A stretch of 63,138 nt of DNA, filler included, from Sphacelaria rigidula (GCA_964200075.2; 9 parts of 9 records of this genome joined end to end with filler, not necessarily neighbours in it), one strand, 5' to 3'. Positions 1-11,759 are shown, numbered from the whole stretch's first letter. Notes: generated by a model from the letters alone, not told the origin. Numbers and translations: made by a program.

Positions 1-359
1 GTTGAGGTTCTCCCACGCCGCACAACATGACCTAGCTCGACTACCATCATGGTTACCGCAAAAAAGACGCAAGCACCCGGAGCAGAGGAGGGTATGGAAA
101 GACTCTACGGCGCGGGAATTTGACGGGCACAAGGAGACAGGATCAGTAGATGCAGCCGAGTGGCAATCAGTAAACAACTACATTCACGCTAAGTGGGTGT
201 ACAGCTGGAAAGCTGACGAGTTTGGACGGCCGACGAAAACGGATTCAAGACCTGTTGCAAGGGGAGATACGCAAAGGGCAGACATAGACTTTTGTTAATC
301 ATGTGCACCCATTGTAGCTGTTTCGAGTTTATGTCTGTCGACAGCTCTTGCCTGTGAGC
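1..359 (+). pseudogene. Ty1/Copia reverse transcriptase remnant, 5' part (split by gypsy insertion)
   Basis: Frame of ORF 2..298 reads KWVYSWKADEFGRPTKTDSRPVARGDTQRADIDFC*SCAPIVAVSSLCLSTALACE, matching the copia RVT_2 N-terminus (KWV...KARLVARG..Q..GIDF..T.AP); in-frame stop present. Confidence 0.85.
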
Positions 360-618
360 TGTGACGCCAGCAGGTTGCTAGTACTGCAACGTCTGATGCT
401 GTCGAGGGACTCCCCACTTCCACTGGCCTCAGGTTTCAGTTGCTAGCCTTCACAACACATTTTATTATCCTGGAGTGCCAACCAGGCACATAGGCTCCAT
501 AAACCACATCAGGGTATCACCCCTGTTTCCATGACATCATCCATATCATCACTACAGATTCCAAGCCATCGTCCATATCATCACTACATACTCAACGTGA
601 CGGTGTGATTTCGTCACA
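360..618 (-). repeat. 3' LTR of gypsy element
   Basis: Direct repeat of 6033-6291, about 14 substitutions in 259 bp by eye (~95% identity), 7-bp terminal inverted repeat. Confidence 0.95.
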
Positions 619-766
619 GCACCCCCAAAGCGCGTTGGACGAGAATCGAGCAACAATCTTGACACTCAGAAAAATAACGCCAAAACGATTGAGTAAGTCA
701 CAACTGAATTCCAAACTCACGCGTAATGCGAGCAGCAATGGAACGAGTCACTCGCACCTAACGCAA

Positions 767-3700
767 CTACGTTTTGAGAAATTCCGAGGCGGCCTCGAAA
801 ATATATTTAAAAGGCTCCCACGTACGCTCCTCGACTTTAAAACCAACCCAGTTGAACGACACAATCAACGAACGATCCTCTGCCTCTGCCACGCGAACAA
901 TCTCAGCCATCTGAAATTGCCCCTGGTTGAAGGCGTGCTGAAACACATCCTTCATGTCTGCCGTTATATTAAGCTGTGAGTGCGAAAAAACGCAGACGAG
1001 CTACATGGGCGGTCTGAACACGACCCGAAACAATGTTTGGGATCTCAAACATATGCGGGTGATGAGCACCAACCACTCTCCACGGACCAGTCCACGTCGC
1101 CATCAATATAGGCGTAACTCCCGAGCGACGCACGCGTGCATACAAAAACATAATGGCCTACCTCATAATTCGGCAATTGCAACCCCGACGAAGACCCCTC
1201 ACGTCTACGCGCACGTTCAGCGGCAACACGCTCCTGCACTTGAACGTGGAAGCTTTCCTGCTACTGCAAAACTCCTTGCAATGCACTCTTAATTTGAACA
1301 TCATCCAGAACATCTCACGTCCATTCCTCCGCCGACGAAGACGCCAACACCGAGAAAGACGTCCGAGGGGCACGACCAAACACCACGTGGTACGGCATAC
1401 TATCGTAACGACGACGATACGCTGTATTGAGCGCCCATTGCCCCGCCGGCAACACGTCCACCCACTCGGAAATCGCTCTACGATGCTCGAGAAGAATAGA
1501 GCGAAGAGCACGAACTACTTCCTTGACCATGCGTTCGCACGTGCCGTTAGACCACGGAGGATACGCCACCGTATACCGATAATCACGTGTAGCGCCTCTC
1601 GCAAGCGGGTCAAGATCGTGTTCTTGATATGCGTGACGGTATCACTCACCCACACACTCGGCACCCCCAAAGTTTTGCACCAATTCAGCAAAGATGCAGG
1701 GGTCAATTCGGCAGCACACACTGCTACTGGTTCCAGAGCCACGAAGTTGCTCAAATCATCCATGATTACCAAAATATCGAAAACCAGCATCCTCTGACAA
1801 ACCTCGGGAAGCTAGCGGGCCACTCTCGCTCACGTACAAGAAGTCAAAATGAACGACTTCATTCGGCGTTGTCCCAAAGACCGTTTCACCGAGCGGGCAG
1901 GGAACAGCATCACCCGCCCTAGAACCAGCACAGTGAAGACACTGTCGGACAAACTCGCGCATCTGAGTTTCCGTTCTCTGCCGAACACAAAACTTTTGCA
2001 AGCGCACGAGCGTCGCAGCCACACCGCGATGCCGGGCATCGCGCATGTGCGCACAAATCATCAAACGTGTGTGCAATTGTTTGTCGGAGCTGGGAATCCA
2101 CAACACGTTTCGGCCCCGTACATGCACACGAAACAAACCTTCATTGTCCAAAATCGCAGTACCAACATCCGACTCGAAGGATTGCACATCTGCATCAGTG
2201 GCCCCGATTTTTTTCCGTTGAGCTTGGCGGACCACAGATTTCGACGGCATCGAATCGTCCGCTTCACACGGACCAGAATACAGTCACAGCTCGCGCCGGA
2301 ATAGTGGGAATATTTACCCAGCGCGACAGCAAGTCACCTCACGCGTCACCTTCACCCGAAATATGACAAATCGTGTACCGATACTGGCCTAATACACCTT
2401 TCCATCCCTCCAAGCGCTGTGCCAACGCCTTCGACACAGACGTCACGCATGCCTCCGGGTTGAAAATGTACGCTAGATTTCGGTGATCCGTGAAAATGTG
2501 CACGCCATTCCACAATAAATGCTAGAGACGACGAAAAAGTGCTCACGATAGCAAAACCTTCCTTGTCAATGGTTGCCCAACGCATCTGTGAACCCTTGAA
2601 ATTACCACTCAGAAAAGTCAGCGGTTAATGCGTCGTGTCTTCAACCGGCAGCCGTTGTTGCATTTCTGCATCAGGCACCTGCGTTACAAAACTACCCCAA
2701 TGACACTCGGATGCGTCCGGAAACATCAGCACCTGGCAACCGGGGCGGGGATGAAACAGCGTCACGGCGTGAGCCACCAGATCCTTCGCTTCCGCCCATG
2801 CCTGCAGCCTGTCCTCCGTCCACGATGCGGGCGGAATATTGCGGTTTTTGGCCACCCGGTTCGTGCGCCTTGCAGCCCTCACCATGAGTTATTCTAGGAA
2901 AACGCGCAAGGGCGCCACTACTCCGGCCATACGTGGCAACGAGGTACGCAACCAGTTCTTCGCGTGCAGGAATCGCATTAGTTCTGCTGCTGTTTCCGGA
3001 CGTCGCATGTCAGACAAACCTTGCGAGCGGACCGGGTCATGGAAGACGCGGCCGTGTGAATATACTTTCCCACACCACACTAATTCACTAGCAAAAAAGG
3101 TACACTTGTGGGCAGCTGCAAACAGACCAACACTCTCTAAGCGAGCCAAGATTGCATCAAGCGTATCCAACAGTTCGTCTTCCGTATCCGCGAAGGAAAA
3201 GACACCATCCACCCAAATCTTGCATTTCAAGCCATCTAAAAGGTCTACCATGACACCTTGAAAATAGGAAGTAGCATTCAACACGCCTTGCGGTACTCGT
3301 TACGGGGTAAACATGCCGAACGGAGTCATGATGGTGAATATCTCTTGCGCGTCTTCGGCCAACGGGATCTGCCAGTACCCCTGTAGGAGGTCCAACTTAC
3401 CGAAGTATCGCGCACTCAACAGGTCCATCATGTCGGATTCCTGGTTGGGCATGACACCCGGCGACTTCTCCACCTGATCATTGACGGCTCCGTATCACTG
3501 GCAAGATGGAAAGAGTCCTTCTTCGGCACCGCCATCGCTGGACTGGACCACAACGCCTGTAGAGTCCTAAACACCAACCCAAACGCCACAAGAGCTCCCA
3601 TGCAAGAAGCTAACCAACTGGACTTTACCGGATCATACCTTCTCGGTTTTGCCTTCACCGCGGCCGCCCATGGCTTCAGTGTAACCCTCATGGGTTCCAC

Positions 3701-4482
3701 ACGCGCAGGGGGATCACCCATCAGCGCATGACGAAACGCGTCAACGTGGCGATATAATATGCCACGTAAGCGCTCCGCTTTTGAGACGTTGAGGCCATTT
3801 GCCACAGCATCCGTCACGCTTTCCTCCAGCGCAGCCATTCGTGCGGACTCCTCTTCTGCCGGCTCCATAAACATACCGGGGCCACGCTCCACCAAGTGTT
3901 CCACCGCCTCATCACGCTCCTCGGACACCTGCCCCCCCCCGCCTCCTGGAGAGCATCAACCGACAAGCTCACTCTGCGACTGGCCAAAAAAGCAGGCGTC
4001 TCGACACTCGAACCGGGCGACGGCATTTGCGTTTTTAGGGACTCTAACAGCCGATCATACGGGTCGACTTCGAGTTCCCGAAGCGTCGGTAAGCCCAACA
4101 AAACGACACCATCCGTTCCCGGCATGATCGCAAACGATATCGGGGATAATTTCGCTGGGCCCCAGGTCGTCCTGAACGCCAACTGTAGGGGAATCGTACG
4201 CTCAGTGACATTTATACGTTGCCCCGATGCGGTGATGGCCTGCCGCGCCGCGAGCGAGAACGGAATGCGGATTTGCTCACCAGGGAGTAGACGCCCCAGC
4301 ATCTCCACAATCAGCACCGACACGCTCGTGAAATGGGCGCCTGAATCCAACACAGCGTTGACCGCTATGACTCCCCGCGCCCGTTGATTTGGGAAATATA
4401 ACTCTGCAGGATTATATTTTCTTGATCCTCGACCGGCACCTGCTCCGCCGACTGATTTGTCGTGATCCCCTCTTGGCGCCAC
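767..4482 (-). pseudogene. Gypsy pol (protease, RT, RNase H, integrase, chromodomain), broken by stops and frameshifts
   Basis: Protease VLDSGA (ORF 3814..4482); RT WSSPAMAVPKK and KIWVDG (degenerate WVDD); RNase H MFPDAS and WATIDKEGFAIV; IN zinc finger ICAH..HRG...CLHC; core HFDF, VSD, SNGTCERMVKEV; WTGPWRV; chromodomain WVGFKVEERTWEP (767..955). Confidence 0.9.
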
Positions 4483-5735
4483 GGCTGCGTGTGCGGCGCA
4501 GGCATAGACGCCCCCGCTGGGGTAAACGGCACCGCCGGCGGGTACGAAGCCCCGCCTGCAGAACCAAATTGCAGCGGTACTCCGGCCGACGCAGCAGCGG
4601 ATCCGAATTTCAGCTGAAATCCGGCCGGCTCAGCAGTAGACGTCTCGCCTTGCTCTGCTGCCGACGGCGCCGGCACCGAGCTCAACTCTTGAGTGGTCGG
4701 TCCCACTTGCACCGCTCGTTGCGGAGCAGCAGTCCCTGCGGCTGAGCCGGACCCAGAACCGGACTCCTGCTGACGCCGCTGCCACTGCTGCTGCTGCTGT
4801 TGGGAACTCGACTGCACACCTCCACCGCTGGAGGATCCGCCTCCGCCACCACCCCGATTACCTTTTCCTCCTTTGTGATTGCGAGGGCGCGCGGCACTCG
4901 TCTGCCCACGCTCCCCCTCAGAAGGCGTTGGGCATTTGCGTGCGTAGTGGCCTACCTGGCCACACTGAGAGCAAGTGATGTTGGCAGCGGCACTGCCTGC
5001 GGATTTTTATCCGCGGATACGCGAGCTTGAAGACTAGGGCGACAAAATGGATGATTTTCCGAATACTTCAGTCTTCCGCCATGCCTGAGCCTCAGCCACA
5101 ACGGTATCCATAACTAAGTACGGGTCTGACTTCCAATTGGTTTCGTGCTGTAATTACACAAGCACGGCCTGTTCGAATTCCACCGGTGCCAGACAATCCA
5201 CCATCGCTTTAGTGATCACCGCAGCGGGCCCTGGCCGGAATTTCCCATCGGAAGAACGATAAATCATCTCGACGTTGGGGTTTTCCGAAAAATACGTCTC
5301 CAACTTTCCCATGATTGGCTCCACCCTCTCACGCATGGTCCTCCCCTTGTGGTTCATGGCGACAGCCTTCGCCACGGCCGCGGACGCCTGGGTTAGTTCT
5401 ATCTCAGCGCTCGCCACATGCCCTGCATGCTTCTTGATCGCTGCAGCCAATTGCAGCGGCGTTATTGTGTCCTTCTCGTGGAATCTTCTCGCAAAAACGC
5501 GTTAGACGGGGGTAGGCACGAGTTGCGCCATGGATACCACCTGATGCCTTACCGCACCCCCCGCATTCGCATGCTCCACCCGCTTCTTGTATTCCACATA
5601 TTTCGTATAAAATGAACGAGAAGTACACTCAGAATACAAATTCCCGTAACTGGGAGGCCGCAACTCTTCTCTCAGAACAACTGGGGTTACGGTCGTCTCC
5701 GCCGGCTTTTCCGTCGGTTCCTCTGTATTCAACAT
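4483..5735 (-). pseudogene. Gypsy gag region, decayed
   Basis: Lies between the 5' LTR and protease; fragmented ORFs 5502..5735, 5154..5450 and a Q/S/A-rich linker 4365..4817. Confidence 0.7.
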
Positions 5736-6032
5736 TTCCGAGCGGACCTAATCGAAGGCTTCTGAACCTTCTCAAACTCCACAGTTCACACCTGCCTTCG
5801 TCGCCGCACCACACAGCCGTGGGGTCCTATAAGCTCCCGCTGCACGCAGCTCCAGCAAGTCTCCAGTCTGGATCAATCACGGGCCAGCCGCCTTTGCAGC
5901 TACCTCAGCTTGAACCCTCTCACGCGTCCGTGAAGCAATATGTCCGAAGCTGTCCAGACTTCTCTCTACTGAAAAATTTCCAGCAGTCACTAACGATAGC
6001 ACTACTAGCACGACTAGCACTAATATTGGTAT

Positions 6033-6291
6033 TGTGACGCCAGCAGGTTGCTAGTACTGCAGCGTCTAATGCTGTTGAGGGACTCCCCACTTCCACTGGC
6101 CTCAGGTTTCAGTTGTCAGCCTTCACAACACATTTTATCATCCTGGAGTGCCAACCGGGCACATAGGCTCCATGAACCACATCAGGGTATCACCCCTGTG
6201 TCCATGACATCATCCATATCATCACTACAGATTCCAAGTCACCATCCATATCATCACTACATACTCTACGTGACGGCGTGATTTCGTCACA
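6033..6291 (-). repeat. 5' LTR of gypsy element
   Basis: Direct repeat of 360-618, followed by TSD GAGC. Confidence 0.95.
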
Positions 6292-6295
6292 GAGC

Positions 6296-6857
6296 AGAAT
6301 GTTCCTTCACGCCATTTGTATATCAAACAGGCTTTTGTGCAGTGAGGATTGGACGAAGACATTTTTATGTGACTGCCATTCGGCTGTGGTAATTTATCTG
6401 GAAAGATACTAGGGCTTAATAGATCGTTCTATGGACTCCGACACGCGTCTAGGCCATGGCACAATCACTTGGCAGGATGCATGAAGAGCCTAGGTTTTGA
6501 CCAATATTTAGTTGATCCATGCGTTTTCCGCTTGATGGATAGCGATAGAGTGGTAATTACTTTGGTGGTACACGTGGACGACATCTTTGCCGTAGAAGAT
6601 GAAGAAAGATGTGACGCATATGGTATACAGCTCAGCAAGATGTTTCCAGTGAAAAATCTGGGATAGTTGCGATGGTATTCTGGAATACATTACAAGAGAG
6701 ATTTGCACAAGGGGATACTGACAATCTCTCAACAGACATTCGCGGAGGATTTGGCAAAGGAATACAATGTACCATGGGGGAATAAATTTGAGGAGTTAAG
6801 TGAGGACGAGCCAACTATAACATTTTCATTTAGGGAATTAGTGGGATCACTGGCGCA
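6296..6857 (+). pseudogene. Ty1/Copia reverse transcriptase remnant, 3' part
   Basis: Continues in frame after removing the gypsy: QNVPSRHLYIKQAFVQ*GLDEDIFM*LP...SFYGLRHASRPW...DPCVF...LVVHVDDIF...FRELVGSL. Confidence 0.9.
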
Positions 6858-6928
6858 CCGGTCGCCCCGGTGGCTCAGTTGGTGACCTCGTAACCTTCTG
6901 ATGGTTGAGTAGGGGGGTTCGATTCCCG
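6858..6928 (+). mobile_element. tRNA-derived SINE head (cut by contig end)
   Basis: ACCGGTCGCCCCGGTGGCTCAGTTGG (A box) ... GGTTCGATTCCC (B box); same head as 24109-24462 and 29742-30057. Confidence 0.8.
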
Positions 6929-7028
6929 NNNNNNNNNNNNNNNNNNNNNNNNNNNNNNNNNNNNNNNNNNNNTTAATTAATTAANNNNNNNNNNNNNNNN
7001 NNNNNNNNNNNNNNNNNNNNNNNNNNNN
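6929..7028. other. Artificial contig linker (N44-TTAATTAATTAA-N44); identical linkers at 13957, 20984, 28011, 35037, 42063, 49089, 56114
   Basis: Eight identical 100-nt spacers with a six-frame stop 12-mer; intervening contigs decrease in length from 6928 to 6925. Confidence 0.97.
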
Positions 7029-7256
7029 CATGCATACCTTTCTCAAGTAAAGTTGGTGCCGATTCAATAGATGACCTACTCTCGTCGTCTAAGGGTTAAG
7101 GCAGGTTACATGAGCACGCTTTGGCCGAAAACAGGTCAGCTGTAGCGACCTGGATTTCAGCACAGGGCCTCAGCGCCAGTACGCCTCATGTACACTCTGC
7201 CAACCCAGCCTACAAGCTCTGCCAAGATGCACTACGATGTACCGTTGCTGACGGTG

Positions 7257-7550
7257 TGAGCTAGCTCATCTGTGGGCTATAGCTCACTTGTGGCCAAACA
7301 TGTGTAGATGAGCTACGGGTACACCCTGTAGCTCACCCAGGACATTCATGCGTAGGCCAAGAAGCTCTCATAGCTCACTAAGACCAAACATGCGTAGCTC
7401 ACGTAGCTTTCATAGCTCATCCAGGGCGAACATGCGCTGATGTCCTACGTCCCGTAGCGCACCCACAGCAAGCACGCGTACCTCACGTAGCTCTCATGGC
7501 TCAGTAGGGAGCTATGCCCAAAAAGAGCTGCTCGAGGTACAGGGAGCTGA
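7257..7550 (+). repeat. AGCT-rich subterminal array arm starting at palindrome TGAGCTAGCTCA
   Basis: Repeated TAGCTCA(C/T)CCAGGG..AACATGCG units; reverse complement of 11760-12374. Confidence 0.75.
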
Positions 7551-7658
7551 TCTATCCGACCGGTGCACTAATACTGAAGCGTTGAGCGCAGGGCTTCGTT
7601 TCGGTACAACATCAGACTGGCAGTCCCGGGGGAAATGTGCAACCATGTTCTGTGCTAC

Positions 7659-8619
7659 AATTTTTCACACCCTGTACAGCTACAATAGTTTGTAGTTCTT
7701 CCTCCAACAACTAACTGTTTAGAATCGTGTGCAACGAGTTGTTTCCAAACAAATAACGGTTCATAATCGTGTGCAACTAGTAGTTTTTCACTCTCGATCT
7801 ATTTATTTTATTTTGGTTTCTTCTGCTAGCCTGTGACCACGGAAGNNNNNNNNNNATGCCCAGTACCAATGTACCGCGCAGATATCGGAACGGCTTTTAA
7901 TGTGAAGACAACAACAACAACAACAACAACTAGTTGTTTCGAAACAACTACCTGGTCAGAATCGTGTGCAACTAGTTGTTTCCAAACAACTGACTGTCCA
8001 GTATCGTGCGCAACAAGTTGTTTCCAATCAACTATCTGTTCAGAATCGTGTGCAACTAGTTGTTTCCAATCAACTACCAGGTAGTTTGGTCGACAAACAA
8101 CTAACTTTGTTTGGTAGTTTAAAAAAATGAAAACGCTGTACAGTAGTGGTGTTAGCTCGTATCTGTACAGGACAGGGAGTAGGCCAGAAAGATCAGCACA
8201 ACCTAATTCGGGATAGAGGAAAATACATGGGTATGCGGTGTGATGCAAAGCATAGGCATATATCATTCGAGGCGCGAGGATGACACGTCTCAGAGGCACC
8301 CTCGTGTGTGCTTGTGTGTGAATGCGTGAGGTGCTTACATATTCATGCGTCAGCTCGATTTCAGGCAACGGTCTAATTGAAATTGTTCCACGATGTGGAC
8401 AACTACCCGGGCCACCCAACAAGTACTTGTGCAAAATCTTGTGCAACTAGTTGTTTCCAAACAACTGCTACTCTTTCAAAATCGTGTATAATGGGTTGTT
8501 TCCAAACAACTGATCTATCAGAATCGTGCGCAACTAGTTGTTTGGAAACACCGGTGGTTGGTCGACGAACGGCCAACTAAGTTAGTTGGTAGTCATAGTT
8601 GTACAGGGTGTGAAATATT
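7659..8619. mobile_element. Non-autonomous TIR element(s) with 42-bp hairpin minisatellite
   Basis: 24-bp inverted ends AATTTTTCACACCCTGTACAGCTA (7659) and TAGTTGTACAGGGTGTGAAATATT (8596); internal units ATCGTGTGCAACTAGTTGTTTCCAAACAACT at 7961, 8003, 8045, 8481, 8523; 10-N gap at 7846-7855. Confidence 0.65.
8147..8421. mobile_element. Possible solo LTR
   Basis: ~270-bp non-array segment interrupting the 42-bp array, TG...CCAACA ends, imperfect flanks AGTAG/AGTAC; no second copy to confirm. Confidence 0.3.
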
Positions 8620-9039
8620 TGAACAACGTGCAGTACAGACAATACAGTACTGCCTGTACTACCTGCATGCAGAAAGGAGTAGATGCGAGTTCGCGCACAG
8701 TAGTTCATCAGCTGGACTATAAACGTTTTGAATAATGTACACGCAGTACAGTACTGACTACACTTCCTGCAAACCGTACTGTAGTGCAGCGATCATCGGA
8801 CGAAAAATACTGACACCGCGGTGCATGCGGCGGTGCAAAGGAGATGATGAGCGATTGGAAACCACGGCCGCTGGCCAGAGGCCATTTTTGCCCGTGTTTC
8901 ACTCGTGCCACGGATGTTCCAAAAACATCCACTGGCGAATAACACAGAACACAGATGTTTGAAATGCCCATACACCACGTGCGTGAGCGCCGGAACCAAA
9001 ACAATTCCTCTCGCGTGGCGCTCAGCCTTGAGGAACCAT

Positions 9040-9272
9040 GCGCAGCTCTCACGTGTGTAGCTCATCCAGGGCGAATGAGCTATATCCGGTAGCCCACCCA
9101 GGGCAAATATGCGCTGATGAGCCTCGTCCGATAGCTCACCCAGGGCAATCATGCATAGCTCATTTAACTCTCATATCTCACCCACGGAACACATGCGTAG
9201 CTCACGTAGCTGTCATAGCTCAGTAGGGAGCGATGCCAAAAAAGAAATATTCATAGCTCGAGCGACAGGAAG
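9040..9272 (+). repeat. Second AGCT-array arm
   Basis: Same units and same exit sequence (GCTCAGTAGGGAGC.ATGCC.AAAAAGA) as 7257-7550. Confidence 0.75.
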
Positions 9273-9577
9273 CGGATCCGTCCGACGTGTCGATCTTTTC
9301 GAGGACACAACATTCGACAAGCGCGGACTCGGCTGCCTTGGTGTTTGAGGAAATCGAGGTTGAACCATCTATGTCCCGGAGATGAATTACATCGCCATCG
9401 ATGATACTGTTTGGGGTCGAATAAACTAAGGGACCTCAGATGAGGTCAACACTTCTGCTGTGAAACACACATACATGTATTGTCCCTACACTACTCATGA
9501 CCTATTATTTTGTTGGTAGGTTGCGCAGCGCCAGTGCGGTACATCAGTCTCTCGCAGCGTCATGATATCGGTCTGGG

Positions 9578-9738
9578 GGGGGAGGGGGGGAGCGGGGTGG
9601 CGTATCCATTCGTTGCTTGCCTTAGTCGTTCGACCACTGACCACGCATCCCTCTCAAGACGGAGCACCGTCCCTACTCCTAAAAGACACACTTCCAACAT
9701 TTGGGTGCTCATCACGTTTCTTCCATACACTGCTCACG
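9578..9738 (-). mobile_element. 5'-truncated non-LTR retrotransposon 3' end with C-rich tail
   Basis: Family 3' end shared with 22379, 26114, 45334, 48198 and 63049; TSD ATCGGTC(T/C)GGG at 9567-9577 and 9739-9749. Confidence 0.85.
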
Positions 9739-9925
9739 ATCGGTCCGGGTGGGGGGTGAAGGGCGGGGAGGAGCGGGATATACACCGAAGAGGGACAATT
9801 TCCGACCTCATCCGCCGCATACCAGCTGATCCACTTTCCCAAAATGTCGTCAGCACTTTCCATTTTGCGACGGAACTCTTACGGCCATTATTATTTTTAT
9901 TATACGTATTTATTATCATCATCAT

Positions 9926-9944
9926 TAGTAGTAGTCGTAGTCGT

Positions 9945-9976
<32 letters not shown>

Positions 9977-9999
9977 TAGTAGTAGTAGCAGTAGTAGTA
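9926..9999. repeat. (TAG)n/(TAGTCG)n microsatellite
   Basis: Directly visible. Confidence 0.95.
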
Positions 10000-10002
10000 A
10001 TA

Positions 10003-10570
10003 CGGCAGGCAAACCCGATCATAGCTAGCTTTCGTTGCTCTACCGTACTTACTCTCAACCGAAGTTCGCAACAGGTATGAAAGCCAAAGAGTTTGATTTT
10101 TCTCAACTACATCCACCCAATATCAACGACTCTCAAGACCCGAGGGAAGGTGGCCACTCCGTGTCCGGTTAAACATTCGAAGATACCGTCGAACAGCAAT
10201 ACCAATCTTTTCTAGGATTGGCATCAGGCAGTCCGTGGAGAACGGAACAGAAATCGACAAGTTACCGTTCGTATTAGAAAACAATGCGCATGAAACACTT
10301 TGCAGGTTAGAAAACACGTTTTTTCGTGGAGAGGAAACTCCCCGTATCCCCATTAATGTTGTATGCGCCTGTAAGAACTTTTCCGTCGTTCATTGATACC
10401 TGGCGGGGGGACAGGGAAGCCGTCCTCCCTCAGGTCTTGAGAGTCGTTTAAATTGGGTGGATGTAGTTGAGAAAAATCAAACTGTTTAGCTGTCATACCT
10501 GTTGCGAAATTCGGTCGGGTGTAAGTACGGTAGAGCAAAAAAAGCTAGCTATGATCGGGTTTGCCTGCCG
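10003..10570. mobile_element. Foldback/MITE with ~150-bp TIRs (CGGCAGGCAAACCCGATCATAGCTAGC...)
   Basis: 10003-10150 is the reverse complement of ~10420-10570; flanks TA/TG; homologue at 41548-42062. Confidence 0.85.
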
Positions 10571-11369
10571 TGCTACCGACAGCGTTGCGTGAAAGTCACA
10601 AGACCTTTGCTGTCGGCGGTTGATGGCGTCACCACGCTAGCAACAGTTAGGTCACCACCATAGGTATCTATTTTCACTCCTCATGTCAAGAAGATCTCTA
10701 CAAGTGTTTCATCTCTCATACACCCCCCTCAACTGGCGTGTGGCACGCTGTTGTGGTCGGGCACCCAGAGGGTCAGATGTGGGTAAAATCAACGATGAAT
10801 AACACCCCCCAAGTTCAACTTGAATCTATTTGTTATGGCCGCACCACCGCCCTTGCTGGCATTTGTGTGACAGAGAACAGTAGTGGCAGTAATGGGAATA
10901 TTGCCTTGTTTTTCAACATGTTTTTCAGCGCACAGAGGCGCATCCTGTCCAAAAGAAGAGGCAGAGAGAAATCGATCTTCGCATTCGTGAGCTCGACAGG
11001 CAATTGTAAGAAGAGAGGAAATGTCTCCGCAGCTCGATGCTCTGGCACATGAAAAATTGGGCGCACGCTGGTGACATCGATGATGCCAGTCTCTCGAGAT
11101 TTTGGTAATCGCCGAGCGGGGACACACAAAGGACACGGGCGAGGAGCTTCCTCTCTGTCGTTGCTTCTCTCTCTGGTGATATCGTCATCGACACGCGTGT
11201 ACACCACATTCATGAGGTGCACCTAGCCACAGCTGCTCAACTGTTGTGGATATTTGGGGGGGAAGATGGCTTCGCTCGGTCGTAAGTGTTTCGTGTCCCC
11301 CCTGCAAAAAAGAAATGCCATTTGAACCTCATTTTTGAGATGAACCCCATTTTCCAGGATCCATTGTTA
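10003..11369 (-). mobile_element. Dispersed non-coding composite repeat, copy 1 (terminus TAACARTGGATCC)
   Basis: Colinear reverse complement of 40333-42062; terminal fragment also at 35137-35211. Confidence 0.85.
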
Positions 11370-11495
11370 CATGTTTGCCCTGGATGGGCTATGAGAGCTA
11401 GGTGAGCTGCGAATAATTGCTCTGGATGAGCTATGAGAGCTACGGGAGCTACGTTTGATTGCACCGGTTGAGCTAAAGAGCTACGGGAGCTACGC
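11370..11495 (-). repeat. AGCT-array fragment abutting the composite repeat
   Basis: CATGTTTGCCCTGGATGGGCTATGAGAGCTA units. Confidence 0.7.
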
Positions 11496-11759
11496 CAATC
11501 TTGGAGTTGTTCCTGTTCCGATGCTCATGCCCGTTGATATTGTACGCACGTGACAACGGCTATATGTGCACACACCTGTTCCGTTTCGTGTAGCGATGGA
11601 TTTGCTTTTTGTAAACGTCAACAGTCAACATGGCTGCATCAGAAGTCATCTGCATCATAGCCACCACATACACACACAACCATAGACGCACACACAAACA
11701 CACACACACACAATTTGCCCTGCATGGCGACCGGGGGGGGCAGCAGCTCTACCGGCGCT

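Larger units (their letters stand above)
360..6291 (-). mobile_element. Full-length, decayed Ty3/gypsy chromodomain-bearing LTR retrotransposon
   Basis: 259-bp LTRs at 360-618 and 6033-6291 (TGTGACG...CGTCACA), 4-bp TSD GAGC (356-359, 6292-6295), minus-strand order gag-PR-RT-RH-IN-chromodomain, PPT-like TTTGGGGGTGC before the 3' LTR. Confidence 0.95.

Noticed and set aside
6973-6984. Periodic TTAATTAATTAA motif every ~7 kb
   Set aside because: Artificial six-frame stop linker embedded in N runs
7090-7099. piggyBac-like end AGGGTTAA (also ~43005)
   Set aside because: No matching opposite end or transposase visible
7700-8600. CRISPR-like array of hairpin repeats
   Set aside because: Variable parts are only ~9-11 nt and related to each other; no cas genes; eukaryotic TIR-element context
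9734-10116. ORFs with poly-L/V/T/Y/RS runs
   Set aside because: Translations of the TAG/TAGTCG microsatellite
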